Shown piece after piece: positions 1 through 11,000 of a DNA stretch of 64,000 bases (its first letter is position 1; each line of letters opens with the position of its first letter). This stretch comes from Eledone cirrhosa (taxonomy: Eukaryota), in assembly GCA_964016885.1 (NCBI GenBank), contig OZ024756.1, positions 11,470,001 through 11,534,000 on the forward strand. The letters are read 5' to 3'. Below the pieces are notes generated by a model. The model saw nothing but the letters and a program-made list of their open reading frames with translations. It was not told where the DNA came from and did no database searches. A program made the translations under genes and the position numbers.

Positions 1-2958
1 TGTTCCCAGTAGACATGTCTTCTGGAGTGGTTCAATCCCTGGTGTTCCCAGTAGACATGACTTCTGGAGTGGTTCAATCCCTGGTGTTCCCAGTAGACAT
101 GTCTTCTGGAGTGGTTCAATCCCTGGTGTTCCCAGTAGACATGACTTCTGGAGTGGTTCAATCCCTGGTGTTCCCAGTAGACATGACTTCTGGAGTGGTT
201 CAATCCCTGGTGTTCCCAGTAGACATGACTTCTGGAGTGGTTCAATCCCTGGTGTTCCCAGTAGACATGACTTCTGGAGTGGTTCAATCTCTGGTGTTCC
301 CAGTAGACATGTCTTCTGGAGTGGTTCAATCCCTGGTGTTCCCAGTAGAGATGACTTCTGGAGTGGTTCAATCCCTGGTGTTCCCAGTAGACATGACTTC
401 TGGAGTGGTTCAATCCCTGGTGTTCCCAGTAGACATGACTTCTGGAGTGGTTCAATCTCTGGTGTTCCCAGTAGACATGTCTTCTGGAGTGGTTCAATCC
501 CTGGTGTTCCCAGTAGAGATGACTTCTGGAGTGGTTCAATCCCTGGTGTTCCCAGTAGACATGTCTTCTGGAGTGGTTCAATCTCTGGTGTTCCCAGTAG
601 ACATGTCTTCTGGAGTGGTTCAATCTCTGGTGTTCCCAGTAGACATGTCTTCTGGAGTGGTTCAATCTCTGGTGTTCCCAGTAGACATGTCTTCTGGAGT
701 GGTTCAATCCCTGGTGTTCCCAGTAGACATGACTTCTGGAGTGGTTCAATCTCTGGTGTTCCCAGTAGACATGTCTTCTGGAGTGGTTCAATCTCTGGTG
801 TTCCCAGTAGACATGTCTTCTGGAGTGGTTCAATCTCTGGTGTTCCCAGTAGACATGTCTTCTGGAGTGGTTCAATCTCTGGTGTTCCCAGTAGACATGT
901 CTTCTGGAGTGGTTCAATCTCTGGTGTTCCCAGTAGACATGACTTCTGGAGTGGTTCAATCTCTGGTGTTCCCAGTAGACATGTCTTCTGGAGTGGTTCA
1001 ATCCCTGGTGTTCCCAGTAGACATGACTTCTGGAGTGGTTCAATCTCTGGTGTTCCCAGTAGACATGTCTTCTGGAGTGGTTCAATCCCTGGTGTTCCCA
1101 GTAGACATGTCTTCTGGAGTGGTTCAATCTCTGGTGTTCCCAGTAGACATGTCTTCTGGAGTGGTTCAATCTCTGGTGTTCCCAGTAGACATGTCTTCTG
1201 GAGTGGTTCAATCTCTGGTGTTCCCAGTAGACATGACTTCTGGAGTGGTTCAATCTCTGGTGTTCCCAGTAGACATATCTTCTGGAGTGGTTCAATCCCT
1301 GGTGTTCCCAGTAGACATGACTTCTGGAGTGGTTCAATCTCTGGTGTTCCCAGTAGACATGTCTTCTGGAGTGGTTCAATCTCTGGTGTTCCCAGTAGAC
1401 ATGTCTTCTGGAGTGGTTCAATCTCTGGTGTTCCCAGTAGACATGTCTTCTGGAGTGGTTCAATCTCTGGTGTTCCCAGTAGACATGTCTTCTGGAGTGG
1501 TTCAATCTCTGGTGTTCCCAGTAGACATGTCTTCTGGAGTGGTTCAATCTCTGGTGTTCCCAGTAGACATGACTTCTGGAGTGGTTCAATCTCTGGTGTT
1601 CCCAGTAGACATGTCTTCTGGAGTGGTTCAATCCCTGGTGTTCCCAGTAGACACTCCTTCTGGAGTGGTTCAATCTCTGGTGTTCCCAGTAGACATGTCT
1701 TCTGGAGTGGTTCAATCTCTGGTGTTCCCAGTAGACATGTCTTCTGGAGTGGTTCAATCTCTGGTGTTCCCAGTAGACATGTCTTCTGGAGTGGTTCAAT
1801 CTCTGGTGTTCCCAGTAGACATGTCTTCTGGAGTGGTTCAATCTCTGGTGTTCCCAGTAGACATGTCTTCTGGAGTGGTTCAATCTCTGGTGTTCCCAGT
1901 AGACATGTCTTCTGGAGTGGTTCAATCTCTGGTGTTCCCAGTAGACATGACTTCTGTAGTGGTTCAATCCCTGGTGTTCCCAGTAGACATGACTTCTGGA
2001 GTGGTTCAATCTCTGGTGTTCCCAGTAGACATGACTTCTGTAGTGGTTCAATCCCTGGTGTTCCCAGTAGACATGACTTCTGGAGTGGTTCAATCTCTGG
2101 TGTTCCCAGTAGACATGACTTCTGGAGTGGTTCAATCCCTGGTGTTCCCAGTAGACATGACTTCTGGAGTGGTTCAATCTCTGGTGTTCCCAGTAGACAT
2201 GTCTTCTGGAGTGGTTCAATCTCTGGTGTTCCCAGTAGACATGTCTTCTGGAGTGGTTCAATCCCTGGTGTTCCCAGTAGACATGACTTCTGGAGTGGTT
2301 CAATCCCTGGTGTTCCCAGTAGACATGACTTCTGTAGTGGTTCAATCCCTGGTGTTCCCAGTAGACATGTCTTCTGGAGTGGTTCAATCTCTGGTGTTCC
2401 CAGTAGACATGTCTTCTGGAGTGGTTCAATCTCTGGTGTTCCCAGTAGACATGTCTTCTGGAGTGGTTCAATCTCTGGTGTTCCCAGTAGACATGTCTTC
2501 TGGAGTGGTTCAATCTCTGGTGTTCCCAGTAGACATGTCTTCTGGAGTGGTTCAATCTCTGGTGTTCCCAGTAGACATGTCTTCTGGAGTGGTTCAATCT
2601 CTGGTGTTCCCAGTAGACATGACTTCTGGAGTGGTTCAATCTCTGGTGTTCCCAGTAGACATGACTTCTGGAGTGGTTCAATCTCTGGTGTTCCCAGTAG
2701 ACATGACTTCTGGAGTGGTTCAATCTCTGGTGTTCCCAGTAGACATGACTTCTGGAGTGGTTCAATCTCTGGTGTTCCCAGTAGACATGACTTCTGGAGT
2801 GGTTCAATCCCTGGTGTTCCCAGTAGACATGTCTTCTGTAATGGTTCAATCGCTGGTGTTCCCAGTAGACATGACTTCTGGAGTGGTTCAATCTCTGGTG
2901 TTCCCAGTAGACATGACTTCTGGAGTGGTTCAATCCCTGGTGTTCCCAGTAGACATGA
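1..2958. repeat. 42-bp minisatellite array (~70 copies, continues past the left edge)
   Basis: Unit TGTTCCCAGTAGACATG(T/A)CTTCTGGAGTGGTTCAATC(C/T)CTGG repeated head-to-tail; 14-aa periodic ORF. Confidence 0.97.
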
Positions 2959-3097
2959 CATTCAGTCCTTTGTGTAAAGTCTATTTTTGGCAGGTAGTTT
3001 TCAAGGTCCTTTGTCTCCATGCCAAGAGCACCAATCACTCCTGGGACAATGATGACTGTCCTCACTTCATTACTCCAGCATTTCAAGATCTCATGTG
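2959..3097 (-). mobile_element. C-terminal fragment of a restriction-like-endonuclease non-LTR retrotransposon (R4/Dong-like)
   Basis: Minus strand translates EILKCWSNEVRTVIIVPGVIGALGMETKDLENYLPKIDF, matching the 'EI..LW...V.VVP.VIGALG...KDL..YL..I' end of REL-type LINE ORFs; the expected next motif LQK.CLLGT is in the adjacent 42-bp unit. Confidence 0.75.
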
Positions 3098-3184
3098 CTT
3101 ATTATTATTATTATTCACGTAATTGACATTAGCTTGACCAACATTTTGCAAAAGATCGATAATTGTAATTGCAATTCCTTATTA

Positions 3185-3225
<41 letters not shown>

Positions 3226-4450
3226 TGTAGTATTACCAGCTATTTTCTTTTTTCTTCCTTTCTTTCTCGTTACCTTTATTATTGTAATTCTATTGTAATA
3301 GCCACATCGTTATTGAACTCGTTATTCAAGACAGTTCCACACATATACACACACACACATACATATACAAACACCTACACAAACACACGTACAAACACCT
3401 ACTCACACACATACATATACAAACACTTACACACACACATATACAAACACCTACACACACGCATGCATATACAAACACCTACACACACACACATACATAT
3501 ACAAACACTTACACACACACACATATAGAAACACCTACACACACGCATGCATATACAAACACCTACACACACACATACACATACAAACACCTACACACAC
3601 ACACATACATATGCAAACACCAACACACTCATTAGATAGCATTCCCATATTTTCGTGTGCTTCTGTTTTGCAACATTTTGTTGCTGTTGTTGTTGCTGGT
3701 GTTGTTGCTGTTGTCGCTGTTGTTGATGTTGTTGATGTTGTTGATGTTGTTGTTGCTGTTGTTGCTGTTAGGATCATTAGCACCAGCCATTGTCCTCACT
3801 CATTCCTTATTATTAGAAGAAACAAAAGATAACTGTTATATAGGCTTTAACCTTTTTCTTTTCTTTATTATCGGTTATCACCACCACCCCCACCACCACT
3901 ACTTCCACGACGACGACCACCACCACCACCACCACCACTATCATCACCACTGCCACCACCACCACCACCACCATTGCCACTGCCACCACCACCACCACCA
4001 CCACCACCACCATTGCCACCACTGCCACTGCCACCGCCACTGCTACTGCCACCACCACCACCATCAGTCTATTGTCTCATGTATCAATTACCGTTAGTTT
4101 AACATCAAACCTTCATCTTCTTATTGTGTGTTATATCACAGCTACTTATGGTGTTGGTGGTGTGGTAGTGTTGATGGTAGTGGTGGTGTGATGTTTGTGG
4201 TGATGGTGGTGGTGTTGATGGTAGTGGTGGTGTGATGTTGGTGGTTTGATGTTTGTGGTGGTGGTGGTGGTGTTCATGGTAGTGGTGGTGTTGTGTTGGT
4301 GTTGGTGATGTTTGTGGTGGTGTTGGTGTTGTTTAACTCGCCCCACCCCGTCAACAGACATAATAATCAGAGGTGTTCCAGCTGCGATAATGTGACTTGG
4401 AATTTGGTAGGTGAAAACTGGAATCCATGGTATGTCTCTGTGTGTATATA

Positions 4451-4535
<85 letters not shown>
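3098..4535. repeat. Microsatellite cluster: (ATT)n, (CA)n-rich, (GTT)n, (CAC)n, (GGT)n, (TA)n
   Basis: Simple repeats read directly. Confidence 0.95.
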
Positions 4536-4538
<3 letters not shown>

Positions 4539-4594
4539 CAAGTATTGCACCAAGAAAAATAAAACATCGGTATGAAGAGATTATGAATTTATTT

Positions 4595-4707
4595 GCTTTA
4601 ACATATGTTTCTGTGTCTTTTATAATTGTCTACATATGCTGACTACAATATATATATTGTTCAATCAGATGTAATACTTAATTATTTAGTACACTTCCTC
4701 AGAAAGC
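4595..4707 (-). ncRNA. Type-I hammerhead-ribozyme-like motif in the probable pLTR of the Penelope-like element
   Basis: Minus strand: GCTTT-CTGAGGA-aGTGT[long loop]ACACa-GAAA-CATAT-GTT-AAAGC; 5-bp stem I (GCTTT/AAAGC), palindromic stem III ACATATGT. Confidence 0.6.
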
Positions 4708-5089
4708 CTATAGTAGTGGAATTCAACTGATCACAAAGTAGGATTCTGTAATGAGATTTTCCTTTAAGAGAATGTAAATAAGTTAAAAATAGCTTGAAAC
4801 ACAGTCAGTTAGTGTTATAGTAGAGAGAGGGAGTGGGAGTAAAGAGTTTCACACTATCAATCTGTGTGCTGTAATGTGGACACATTATGTTTTGACCATT
4901 GTTATAGGTGAAGGTTTTGATGTTTACCATATATGGGCACAGGGAAGGTATAAGGAGAGGGACAGAAAGATAAGGTAGAGATTAAGAGTTGGATGTGAAA
5001 AGTTCAAATGCCACAGGAAATGTACCAACTAGGATGTAGTAAAACCTAGGTATTAGGGATCGAATCTTGTTCTAGTTCAGTCTTTTTTT

Positions 5090-6545
5090 ATCTCATTATT
5101 ATTATCTCACCACTGTGAGGCTTTGAGTTGGTATTTAAATTTGCAAATTTTGTGTGGTATGTTTGTGTTTTTTTCCATTGGGGTGTTTGGATTTTCCCCG
5201 TGCATGGTGTATCTGGAAGAAATTTTAGTGGTTCATCAGAACTGGCCTTAAGTAGAGCAGCATTGAATGTTGAAAGAGGATTCAGAGGCAGACAATCTGG
5301 AGATCCTAAGGGATACATTTTTAACAATAGAGCTAGTGATAGTCCTAGGATGGTTAGACCATCGATTAACATAGTTTAAGTTATCGTTAGATTTATGGAA
5401 TGCTTCATATATGTCGGAGTTAAGGTCAAGAGTCACATCTAAAAAGTTGATGCATTTAAGGTTATGGTCAAAAGATATTTTAAGGCCCATATATTGAAAG
5501 AAGGATCTAATAGCTTTCCTTTCTAATTGCTGACCATTGAAATTATTAATGAGTAGGAGAGCATCATCTCTATATATACCTCCTTTGAGGTCAGGAATTC
5601 TAGATGTAATGTGTGAATGAGATATGTTCCTACATGATGCGTAACTTGGGCTGAGTCGCTAGAACCCATAGTTATATCGAAGTCGTTTTGTCTATACTTA
5701 CATGTCCAGTACTCATTGTCAAACATTATGATCAAACGTCTATGTGGATTGGCAGTATTGGTAGAGGGTCGGACGCCATGCTTTGACGTATAGAGTTACG
5801 GCCCTTGCCTTTCTGAGTTCAAATCCCGCCAAGGTTCACTTTGCCTTTCATCCTTACGGGGTCGATAAAATAAAGTACCAGTAATGCACTGGATAATTGC
5901 TGGCCTTGTGCCTAACGTAGAAACAATTATGATCAAACGTCTAGCAGTTAAAATTATATCGACTTCATTTCTAGTTAATTTGGTATTGTGCATTGCGAAT
6001 ATAAGGGCTTTATTGAGGACTTGAGGAATAAATGAATAATAGTCATCTATGTCAAATTGAATCAAATTATAAGTGGATTTATCTTCTAAATTAGTGAACC
6101 AGTTGATCGTGTCTCCGGTATTGCCTCAGAGTTTTAAAGACAGTCTGTTTTTTATTTGTATTCGTTCCCTATCTAGAATGTGCTTACTTATGCGTCCTAT
6201 GTCAGATTTAGAAGGGCATATTAGTCTAATAGAGGGGTTAGATTCAAAGTTGTCCTTGTGGTCTTTCAAGTTAAAAGTTGGAAGTCGGGGTACAAATGGT
6301 TCTGTTCTGTCGGCTATGACTAAGTGATTGACTATCTTAAGGCCTTCCCTATTAATGTTATCAATGGTAGACTTATCCATTTCTCTATATTCCTTGTTCA
6401 GTTCCTTAACTATAGAGTTTCTATAGGTTATGTCTATGGAGTTTATATTGCCTGTTTTATCAGCGCGGATCAGTATTCCTTCCGTTTTTGCTAGTTCATC
6501 CATAGTTATTTTTAGGCTCCGTTGGAATTTGTTGTGGCATCAATG
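5090..6545 (-). mobile_element. Decayed Penelope-like element reverse transcriptase (Naiad/Chlamys-like RT signature), frameshifted
   Basis: Collinear minus-strand fragments ADKTGN, LKDHKDNFESNPSIRLICPSKSDIGRISK, QFDIDDYY, FDITMGSSDSAQV, GGIYRDDALL, INFLDVTLDL, SNHPRTI...RISRLS are PLE RT/thumb motifs. Confidence 0.85.
5743..5925 (+). mobile_element. tRNA-derived SINE family A, inserted in the PLE RT
   Basis: A-box-like TGGCAGTATTGG, B box GAGTTCAAATCC, core GCCTTTCATCCTTACGGGGTCGATAAA; 18-bp TSD ATTATGATCAAACGTCTA at 5725-5742 and 5926-5943. Confidence 0.9.
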
Positions 6546-7160
6546 TTTTTTTTAAAGTGGTGAGTCCTGCTTCTCTGGAGTTTCACATGTGTACTAGCAG
6601 GATCACCAGACACAGGAAGAAAAGAACCAGAGATGTTGTTACATTAATTGGTCCTTATATTTCAGATGTATCATCCATTTTTAGCAATTAACTGTAGTTA
6701 CAGTTATTTTCTGGGTTTGGGATTTTTACATTTTCTATGAATCGCAAATTACTATTTTAGACATATACCGCTGATATTGGCTATATCTGACTACTTTAGA
6801 CATATACCAGCTATCTTAGATGTTTTTACTCTAGCTATATAAAATTCCAAACGATAACAATATATTTTATATTTTATTTTCACCTTTTGGGATTTTGTTT
6901 GTCATCTGCTTAAATGGAGAAACTTAAAAAATTTATTTCCAAATCATTTGAGAACTTTAAAATATTGTTTTTTATTCCTATAATTTCTTTTTCTGATACT
7001 GACCCCCCCCCCCCCTCTCTTTCTCTCTACATGACAAGACAGTTTGATATGAGCCCCAGAAAGAGGTTTAGATAAATCTTGAGATAAGACTTTTTTCAGA
7101 TCAGATTTCATTGTTGGGTTCTTTTATGTTTTATCTCTAAAATTCACTTTTATTTTATTG

Positions 7161-7207
<47 letters not shown>

Positions 7208-7708
7208 GTGGTTCAGTATATTTGTGTGTGTATATATATCCTCATCATCATTTTACGTCCGCTTTACCCTGCTTGCAGGGATATATATATATATATATAT
7301 GTATATTTGGTAAGTGACTGTGGATGAGCTTCTCAGCATGTGTGTGGGTGGACGTGTATACATATGTGTGTGTGTGTGTGTGTGGTTGTGTGTATGTTGA
7401 TTGGTCCATACCCATAAATGGGTGTGTATACATCATTTGGGACAGGATGCCATCAGATGAGATTTGAGTTTTTCTTGATAAACAAGTCTGATAAGTAGAT
7501 TTGGGCTGGAGTGGGGCTCTAACATGGATCCTGAGTCAGCCATCTGTGAAACTGGGCATAAACAATAAAGACCTGAATGTGAAGCCTAGTTTGTCACAGC
7601 TATATTAAGAGCATTAACTCTGACATAGCTTTCTATATGAAATATGTTAAGTTGTATATCTGGTGACATACGGTATGTTTATAAATAAACATTTTGAAAA
7701 CTGACAGC

Positions 7709-7726
7709 ATAGCGCCATCTAGTGTG
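7709..7726 (-). promoter_or_regulatory. Candidate CTCF-binding motif
   Basis: Minus strand CACTAGATGGCGCTA, a close match to the bilaterian CTCF core, in non-repetitive sequence. Confidence 0.4.
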
Positions 7727-7831
7727 TTCAACAGAAACTAAGTGGTGATGTTGGAACACAGTTTTCAAATTCATAGTGGAAGGCTTTCAAAATGTTTATT
7801 TTTATATATGCACACACACACATACACACAC

Positions 7832-7892
<61 letters not shown>

Positions 7893-8022
7893 AAAAGGGA
7901 ATGTACCCTTATCTTAAGGACACATCAGGTAATGTAGTCCAAGATAGACTGTGCGAAATAAAGACTAGATTGTCTGAATGGGAGTTCTTTGATCCTATAT
8001 GTCTGCCTGCTTCATCAAGGTT

Positions 8023-11000
8023 GAACTGGTGTGAATCAAATACAGTTGTCAGTCACTCTACCAGTCTTACCTGGAACTGGTGTGAAACAAGTACAGTTGT
8101 CAGTCACTCTACCAGTCTTACCTGGAACTGGTGTGAAACAAGTACAGTTGTCAGTCACTCTACCAGTCTTTCCTGGAACTGGTGTGAAACAAGTACAGTT
8201 GTCAGTCACTCTACCAGTCTTACCTGGAACTGGTGTGAAACAAGTACAGTTGTCGGTCACTCTACCAGTCTTTCCTGGAACTGGTGTGAAACAAGTACAG
8301 TTGTCAGTCACTCTACCAGTCTTTCCTGGAACTGGTGTGAAACAAATACAGTTGTCGGTCATTCTACCAGTCTTTCCTGGAACTGGTGTGAAACAAGTAC
8401 AGTTGTCGGTCACTCTACCAGTCTTACCTGGAACTGGTGTGAAACAAGTACAGTTGTCAGTCACTCTACCAGTCTTACCTGGAACTGGTGTGAAACAAGT
8501 ACAGTTGTCAGTCACTCTACCAGTCTTACCTGGAACTGGTGTGAAACAAGTACAGTTGTCGGTCACTCTACCAGTCTTTCCTGGAACTGGTGTGAAACAA
8601 ATACAGTTGTCGGTCACTCTACCAGTCTTACCTGGAACTGGTGTGAAACAAATACAGTTGTCAGTCACTCTACCAGTCTTACCTGGAACTGGTGTGAAAC
8701 AAGTACAGTTGTCAGTCACTCTACCAGTCTTACCTGGAACTGGTGTGAAACAAGTACAGTTGTCGGTCACTCTACCAGTCTTTCCTGGAACTGGTGTGAA
8801 ACAAATACAGTTTTCAGTCACTCTACCAGTCTTACCTGGAACTGGTGTGAAACAAGTACAGTTGTCAGTCACTCTACCAGTCTTACCTGGAACTGGTGTG
8901 AAACAAGTACAGTTGTCAGTCACTCTACCAGTCTTTCCTGGAACTGGTGTGAAACAAATACAGTTGTCAGTCACTCTACCAGTCTTTCCTGGAACTGGTG
9001 TGAAACAAATACAGTTGTCAGTCACTCTACCAGTCTTTCCTGGAACTGGTGTGAAACAAGTACAGTTGTCAGTCACTCTACCAGTCTTTCCTGGAACTGG
9101 TGTGAAACAAATACAGTTGTCAGTCACTCTACCAGTCTTACCTGGAACTGGTGTGAAACAAATACAGTTGTCGGTCATTCTACCAGTCTTTCCTGGAACT
9201 GGTGTGAAACAAGTACAGTTGTCGGTCACTCTACCAGTCTTACCTGGAACTGGTGTGAAACAAGTACAGTTGTCAGTCACTCTACCAGTCTTACCTGGAA
9301 CTGGTGTGAAACAAGTACAGTTGTCGGTCACTCTACCAGTCTTACCTGGAACTGGTGTGAAACAAATACAGTTGTCGGTCATTCTACCAGTCTTTCCTGG
9401 AACTGGTGTGAAACAAGTACAGTTGTCGGTCACTCTACCAGTCTTTCCTGGAACTGGTGTGAAACAAGTACAGTTGTCAGTCACTCTACCAGTCTTTCCT
9501 GGAACTGGTGTGAAACAAGTACAGTTGTCGGTCACTCTACCAGTCTTACCTGGAACTGGTGTGAAACAAGTACAGTTGTCAGTCACTCTACCAGTCTTAC
9601 CTGGAACTGGTGTGAAACAAATACAGTTGTCGGTCACTCTACCAGTCTTTCCTGGAACTGGTGTGAAACAAATACAGTTGTCAGTCACTCTACCAGTCTT
9701 TCCTGGAACTGGTGTGAAACAAGTACAGTTGTCAGTCACTCTACCAGTCTTACCTGGAACTGGTGTGAAACAAATACAGTTGTCAGTCACTCTACCAGTC
9801 TTACCTGGAACTGGTGTGGAACAAATACAGTTGTCGGTCACTCTACCAGTCTTACCTGGAACTGGTGTGAAACAAATACAGTTGTCAGTCACTCTACCAG
9901 TCTTACCTGGAACTGGTGTGAAACAAGTACAGTTGTCAGTCACTCTACCAGTCTTACCTGGAACTGGTGTGAAACAAGTACAGTTGTCGGTCACTCTACC
10001 AGTCTTTCCTGGAACTGGTGTGAAACAAGTACAGTTGTCAGTCACTCTACCAGTCTTACCTGGAAGTGGTGTGAAACAAATACAGTTGTCAGTCACTCTA
10101 CCAGTCTTTCCTGGAACTGGTGTGAAACAAATACAGTTGTCAGTCACTCTACCAGTCTTTCCTGGAACTGGTGTGAAACAAGTACAGTTGTCAGTCACTC
10201 TACCAGTCTTTCCTGGAACTGGTGTGAAACAAATACAGTTGTCAGTCACTCTACCAGTCTTACCTGGAACTGGTGTGAAACAAATACAGTTGTCGGTCAT
10301 TCTACCAGTCTTTCCTGGAACTGGTGTGAAACAAATACAGTTGTCAGTCACTCTACCAGTCTTTCCTGGAACTGGTGTGAAACAAATACAGTTGTCAGTC
10401 ACTCTACCAGTCTTTCCTGGAACTGGTGTGAAACAAGTACAGTTGTCAGTCACTCTACCAGTCTTTCCTGGAACTGGTGTGAAACAAATACAGTTGTCAG
10501 TCACTCTACCAGTCTTACCTGGAACTGGTGTGAAACAAATACAGTTGTCGGTCATTCTACCAGTCTTTCCTGGAACTGGTGTGAAACAAGTACAGTTGTC
10601 AGTCACTCTACCAGTCTTACCTGGAAGTGGTGTGAAACAAGTACAGTTGTCAGTCACTCTACCAGTCTTTCCTGGAACTGGTGTGAAACAAATACAGTTG
10701 TCAGTCACTCTACCAGTCTTTCCTGGAACTGGTGTGAAACAAATACAGTTGTCAGTCACTCTACCAGTCTTTCCTGGAACTGGTGTGAAACAAGTACAGT
10801 TGTCAGTCACTCTACCAGTCTTTCCTGGAACTGGTGTGAAACAAATACAGTTGTCAGTCACTCTACCAGTCTTACCTGGAACTGGTGTGAAACAAATACA
10901 GTTGTCGGTCATTCTACCAGTCTTTCCTGGAACTGGTGTGAAACAAGTACAGTTGTCGGTCACTCTACCAGTCTTACCTGGAACTGGTGTGAAACAAGTA

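Noticed and set aside
4722-4812. Plus-strand hammerhead (CTGATCA...GAAACACAGTC)
   Set aside because: Core mismatch and no convincing stem II; at most a decayed copy
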